Assembly (NCBI RefSeq): GCF_000010065.1
Contig: NC_006576.1
Coordinates: forward strand, 480,001 to 512,000
Length of the DNA stretch: 32,000 nt
DNA from: Synechococcus elongatus PCC 6301
GTDB taxonomy: Bacteria; Cyanobacteriota; Cyanobacteriia; Synechococcales; Synechococcaceae
Direction of reading: 5' to 3'
Shown piece by piece: positions 28,268-32,000 of this stretch (position 1 is its first letter; every line of letters starts with the position of its first letter). Position numbers and translations under genes: made by a program. The notes beneath the pieces were generated by a model. The model was given only the letters and a program-made list of their open reading frames with translations. It ran no database searches and was not told where the DNA came from.

Positions 28268-28885
28268 GTGAGTTTGGCTGACCGCCTTTGGCAACAAAAT
28301 CAAGCCTTGGTTGCTGAGATTCGGGTTCATCCCTTTGTCGTGGCGTTGGTGAAAGGCAGCCTGCCCTTGACTAACTTCCAGACCTACATTGGTCAGGATG
28401 CTTTTTTCCTAGAAGCCTTTGCGCGGGCCTACAGTATTGCGGCAGCCAAGTCGGCCAATCAGCAAGATTTTGAGCAGTTCCATCAGTTGGCTGATGGCAT
28501 CCTAGCCGAACTGAAGCTCCATGCCAGTCTGGCCACTCGCTGGCAGATCGATCTGCGATCGGTGCAGCCCAATCCAGCCACGCATCGCTATGTGGATTTT
28601 TTGACGGCGATCGCTTGGAGTCAACCACTGGGGGCGATCGCGGCGGCAATGGTGCCCTGTATGCGGCTCTATGCAGACCTGGGGCAGTTCTGGTCACAAC
28701 GCGGCTATGCCCCTCAACCCTACGGCGAGTGGGTCGAAACCTATGCTGATCCAGCCTTTGACAGTTTGGCCCAGCAGCTAGAAGCCCTGCTCGATCGCCA
28801 TGGGACCGAGGCGATCGCAGCAGAACCCTATACCTACGCACTGACTTGTGAGCGCGACTTTTTTAGTGCTGTGGGGACGGCATAG
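28268..28885 (+). CDS. TenA/thiaminase-II-like protein
   Basis: 205 aa. 'HPFVVALVKGSLPLTNFQTYIGQDAFFLEAFARAYSIAAAKS', 'AAAMVPCMRLYADLG', 'YGEWVETYADPAFDSLAQQLEALLD'. TenA/PqqC-like fold pattern with the Cys of the PCxxxY region retained. Confidence 0.87.
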   Translation: MSLADRLWQQNQALVAEIRVHPFVVALVKGSLPLTNFQTYIGQDAFFLEAFARAYSIAAAKSANQQDFEQFHQLADGILAELKLHASLATRWQIDLRSVQPNPATHRYVDFLTAIAWSQPLGAIAAAMVPCMRLYADLGQFWSQRGYAPQPYGEWVETYADPAFDSLAQQLEALLDRHGTEAIAAEPYTYALTCERDFFSAVGTA

Positions 28886-29022
28886 CGCTATGGGGGGCAG
28901 TGTGTTGGCAGTCGGCTACGGCAATCGGTTTGAGATCCCCTCAACGCCTCCCTCACCCCAGAGACTGGCAAACTGTTGGTGGTCATGGGTTCGAATACTG
29001 CAATCGAGGCGCCGCCTAGCTA

Positions 29023-30159
29023 ATGCGTGTTTTGGGATTGATCAGTGGCACCAGTGCCGATGGCATTGATGTAGCGATCGCGGAAATTCAGGGTTTTCAG
29101 GCAGACTTAAGCGTTGCGCTACTGGCCTTTGAGACGATTGCCTACGAACCGAGCCTGCGCGATCGCATTTTGGAAGTCGCAGCCGGATTTCCGCTGAGCG
29201 TGGCGGAATTGACCGCACTCGACGCTGCGATCGCTCAAGCCTTTGCGACAGCAGCCCAAACCTTGATTCAGCAGCATGGTGCAGTGGATCTGATCGGGTC
29301 TCACGGCCAGACGGTTTACCATCAGCCGCTGCAAGCAGGGCAACTAGGCTGGAGTGTGCAGTTGGGCTGGGGAGCTGCGATCGCCCAGCAGACAGGGATT
29401 ACAACGGTCAGCAACTTCCGCAGTGCCGATCTGGCGTTGGGCGGTCAGGGAGCCCCCCCCGTTCCTGCAGTAGACCTGTGGTTGTTAGGCAGTGATTCCG
29501 AAAATCGTTGTGTGCAGAATATTGGTGGCATCGGTAATCTCACCTGGCTGCCGCGCCGCGATCACCCTGACTGGCAGTCGGAAGTCCGCGGTTGGGATAC
29601 CGGCCCTGGTAATTCCCTGCTGGATCTGGCGGTGCAAAAACTGAGCCAAGGTCGGCTCTCCTACGATGACGGTAGTCAGTGGGCCGCAACTGGACAGATC
29701 GATCAGGTGCTCTGCGATCGCTGGTTGCAGGAGGATGACTATTTCCGCTTGCCGCCGCCAAAATCGACAGGACGCGAACGCTACGGTTGGCAGTTTTTAG
29801 AGACTTGGGCGGCAGAACTCGATCGCCTCACAGCTGCGGATCAACTGGCAACTTTGACAGAATTTACTGCTGCCAGCATTGTTAATAACTATCGCCACTT
29901 TTTGCCAGCTTTACCCGATCGCGTTTTGGTCTGTGGCGGTGGGTTACATAATCAATTTTTGCTGCAGCGATTACAGCAGCAATTACCAACAGTGAAGATC
30001 GCGAGTACGGATGATTTTGGGGTCAACTCCCAAGCCAAGGAAGCGATCGCGATCGCGGTTCTAGCCTATTGGCGACAGCACAACGTTCCTGGCAATTTGC
30101 CGGCAGTGACTGGGGCGTCGGGTCCTGCCTTACTAGGCGATGTTTTTGCTCGAACCTAA
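29023..30159 (+). CDS. anmK: Anhydro-N-acetylmuramic acid kinase
   Basis: 378 aa. 'LGLISGTSADGIDVAIAEI', 'DLIGSHGQTVYH', 'VQNIGGIGNLTWLP', 'GWDTGPGNSLLDLAVQKLS', 'VCGGGLHNQFLLQRLQQQLP', 'KEAIAIAVLAY'. Confidence 0.95.
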   Translation: MRVLGLISGTSADGIDVAIAEIQGFQADLSVALLAFETIAYEPSLRDRILEVAAGFPLSVAELTALDAAIAQAFATAAQTLIQQHGAVDLIGSHGQTVYHQPLQAGQLGWSVQLGWGAAIAQQTGITTVSNFRSADLALGGQGAPPVPAVDLWLLGSDSENRCVQNIGGIGNLTWLPRRDHPDWQSEVRGWDTGPGNSLLDLAVQKLSQGRLSYDDGSQWAATGQIDQVLCDRWLQEDDYFRLPPPKSTGRERYGWQFLETWAAELDRLTAADQLATLTEFTAASIVNNYRHFLPALPDRVLVCGGGLHNQFLLQRLQQQLPTVKIASTDDFGVNSQAKEAIAIAVLAYWRQHNVPGNLPAVTGASGPALLGDVFART

Positions 30160-30175
30160 GCAGAGTTCTAATCCA

Positions 30176-30799
30176 ATGCAGCCCCAGGAAACCGCAGCTC
30201 GATATGACACCATTGCCCAATGGTGGCAAACGCAACATCAAGATTCACAGTATGGCCTTCGACAATTAGAGCGAGCAATTCAATTTGTCGATCCGACTCA
30301 CCAGCCCAAGTTAGCTCTCGAGGTCGGCTGTGGTAGTAGTGGCCGCTTTATTGAGTGTCTGAGCAACAGAGGATTTCAGGTCGAAGGACTGGATATTTCC
30401 ACTGCAATGATTGATTTGGCTCAGCAACTACATCCTGAAGTGACTTTCTACAGAGCAGATATCTGTGAGTGGATTCCTAGCAAGTCCTACAGCTTGATTG
30501 TTGCTTGGGATAGTACCTTTCATCTACCGCTAGACCAACAAGCCCCTGTACACAGAAAACTCTGTGCTGCCCTAGAAGATCAGGGGATTTTGATGTTTAC
30601 CTGTGGCGGTGGAGATCAAGCCGGTGAAATTGCTGGTGTATTCCAAGGTCAGGATTTTGAGTACAGCACCCTAGGAATTGATGCATTTCTGAAGCTCCTC
30701 AGTGACTGCCACTGCACCTGTCTTCATCTTGAATACGATCAGTATCCTGAAAGGCATGTTTACGTGATCGCCAAAAAAGTTGGCGCTGCAATTCATTGA
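30176..30799 (+). CDS. Class I SAM-dependent methyltransferase
   Basis: From ATG 30176 (MQPQETAARYDTIAQWW), 207 aa. 'LALEVGCGSSGRFIECLSNRGFQVEGLDISTAMIDLAQQL', 'VTFYRADICEW'. Confidence 0.83.
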   Translation: MQPQETAARYDTIAQWWQTQHQDSQYGLRQLERAIQFVDPTHQPKLALEVGCGSSGRFIECLSNRGFQVEGLDISTAMIDLAQQLHPEVTFYRADICEWIPSKSYSLIVAWDSTFHLPLDQQAPVHRKLCAALEDQGILMFTCGGGDQAGEIAGVFQGQDFEYSTLGIDAFLKLLSDCHCTCLHLEYDQYPERHVYVIAKKVGAAIH

Positions 30800-30936
30800 A
30801 CAGACAATTAATCGACTCATAAAATCAGCCAGCTAATTGTCCTAAAACAAAAAGCTGGCCAATGTTAGATGGGTTTGAAACTGAATTGATGGCTGCTGAG
30901 CCTCATTTTTCTGTTGCTGTACCCGCTCAGAGAGCA

Positions 30937-30969
30937 AAATCAAAAGGCGTGAGTCTTGACTCCAACGCC
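30937..30969 (-). terminator. Intrinsic terminator downstream of the small minus-strand gene
   Basis: The minus strand reads GGCGT-tg-GAGTC-aa-GACTC-ACGCC followed by TTTTGATTTT. The stem is 10 bp with a 2-nt bulge. Confidence 0.7.
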
Positions 30970-30990
30970 GTGACAGAAAAAGGCGCGAAA

Positions 30991-31161
30991 TTAGATGAAT
31001 TGCCCCAAGATCAACGCCGCAACACCTGAAAACACAGTGATACCTAATGCGGTCAGCGGCGACTGTCCTTGAGCGACTGCAAAGGTCGTGACCACTCCAG
31101 CACCAAGGGCGGCAATTAGGAATTGGTCAAGCAGTGCGCTGTTCAGGAAAGGTCGCTTCAT
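30991..31161 (-). CDS. Small membrane protein of unknown function
   Basis: 56 aa from ATG 31161: MKRPFLNSALLDQFLIAALGAGVVTTFAVAQGQSPLTALGITVFSGVAALILGQFI. Two hydrophobic segments, followed by a good terminator. The ORF track extends to 31353 but the extra N-terminus looks non-coding. Confidence 0.6.
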   Translation of the reverse strand: MKRPFLNSALLDQFLIAALGAGVVTTFAVAQGQSPLTALGITVFSGVAALILGQFI

Positions 31162-31267
31162 GGCCGTGGGTGAATTGCATTCTGCGCTACAGATTACTGT
31201 TCGCTTAGGAAGCGATCGCGGCAGAATCCCCAGACTGTAATTAACGTTTGGGTTTCGCGACCTTTCG

Positions 31268-32000
31268 TTACAAGCTTGCTGGAACTGTGAAGCCACGTAA
31301 CGATTGTGCTCGTTCTTCAGGACTGAGGTTGAGCCCTTGCAACAAGACCCCAAAGTTTCCGAGTGCGGTGGGATCGAGCAACCGGTGTAGCACTTCGCGT
31401 CGCCGTAACAACTGACTCAGGTCTGATCCGGACTGTGGTTGGGAGAGTGCCATGAGGCGATCGCCCAAGCCCAGCGCCATCAGAAACAGAGCCTGTTCCG
31501 TAAAGGCCAAGCGTTTGAGCCCGAGCGCTTCGCCCCAGACTTCCAGCGCTGAAAAATTGACATGGGCCGTCAGATCTTGCTGCCCCGGCCGAGCATAGAG
31601 ATCGTTGTGAAAGCGTTGCTGCCAGTAGGCCTGAAGGGTGCCATCCGTGCGGCCAGCCGCGTAGTAGCGATCGCCGCTGTAGCCGTAATCGATCGTCAGC
31701 AAGTAGCCCCGCTGCAATCCCTGAACGACCTGAGCGAGCCACTGCTTCGCCGCCGGATGCACCTCCGTTCGGTAGCCCTCGGGCAGACGTGCGATCGCCG
31801 CTGCCAATCCCAAGTCTGCAAAGACATCAACAAGGTCAGGGCTCGACAGCGGTCCCAAGACTTCTTGCAGAACCCCCGCATTTTCCGTCACATAAATTTC
31901 TTGCCATTCACCCCCTTGCCACTGGATCCGATGCACCGGCAGGGCATCCACTAGCTCATTCGAGAAAGCCACACCGACGGTTGGCTGAGTGGCCCAGTCT
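31268..32000 (-). CDS. MidA/NDUFAF7-like SAM-dependent methyltransferase (5' end beyond window)
   Basis: 'AFSNELVDALPVHRIQWQGGEWQEIYV', 'YLLTIDYGYSGDRYYAAGRTDGTLQAYWQQRFHNDLYARPGQQDLTAHVNFSALEVWG'. The frame stays open to the window edge (…DWATQPTVGVAFSNELVD), so the gene is truncated by the window. Confidence 0.88.
   Translation of the reverse strand, partial: DWATQPTVGVAFSNELVDALPVHRIQWQGGEWQEIYVTENAGVLQEVLGPLSSPDLVDVFADLGLAAAIARLPEGYRTEVHPAAKQWLAQVVQGLQRGYLLTIDYGYSGDRYYAAGRTDGTLQAYWQQRFHNDLYARPGQQDLTAHVNFSALEVWGEALGLKRLAFTEQALFLMALGLGDRLMALSQPQSGSDLSQLLRRREVLHRLLDPTALGNFGVLLQGLNLSPEERAQSLRGFTVPASL

Noticed and set aside
28980-29020. GGGTTCGAATACT resembling a tRNA T-arm
   Set aside because: The surrounding sequence does not form acceptor, D or anticodon arms of a cloverleaf, and no CCA or acceptor complement was found.
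29453-29460. C8 homopolymer as a phase-variation tract in anmK
   Set aside because: It encodes the in-frame Ala-Pro-Pro of 'GGQGAPPVPAVD', a normal AnmK segment. There is no sign of frameshifting or an alternative frame product.

Overview
This window looks like ordinary core chromosome from a unicellular cyanobacterium. It is very rich in HIP1 octamers (GCGATCGC), and gene content and codon style fit Synechococcus elongatus; that species attribution is inference. I support about 28 protein genes. They include two Ser/Thr protein kinases, a small Hli protein, a TVP38/SNARE-like membrane protein next to a MerA-like flavoprotein reductase, pgk, a universal stress protein, and a tightly coupled run of RbgA-like GTPase, AI-2E-type permease, RluD-like synthase and kinase. 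Also present are a REC-domain response regulator, a threonine-phosphate decarboxylase-like aminotransferase, HU, a pentapeptide/TPR protein, an Mrp-type ATPase, RodA/FtsW, NagB, an HtrA-type protease, DnaA, a UbiE/MenG methyltransferase, a DUF445-like protein, ThiC under a TPP riboswitch, a TenA-like protein, AnmK, two methyltransferases and several small unknowns. I found no CRISPR array, prophage, intact transposon or obvious new defence system. The best non-coding signals are: (1) a perfect HLR1-type direct repeat upstream of the hli gene; (2) a long hairpin-centred intergenic structure at about 3171-3290 that may be an uncharacterised or known-family sRNA; (3) terminator-like hairpins built from HIP1 octamers; and (4) an unexplained structured intergenic segment at about 12941-13276 with a G10 tract. 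All family assignments come from recognised motifs, not database searches.
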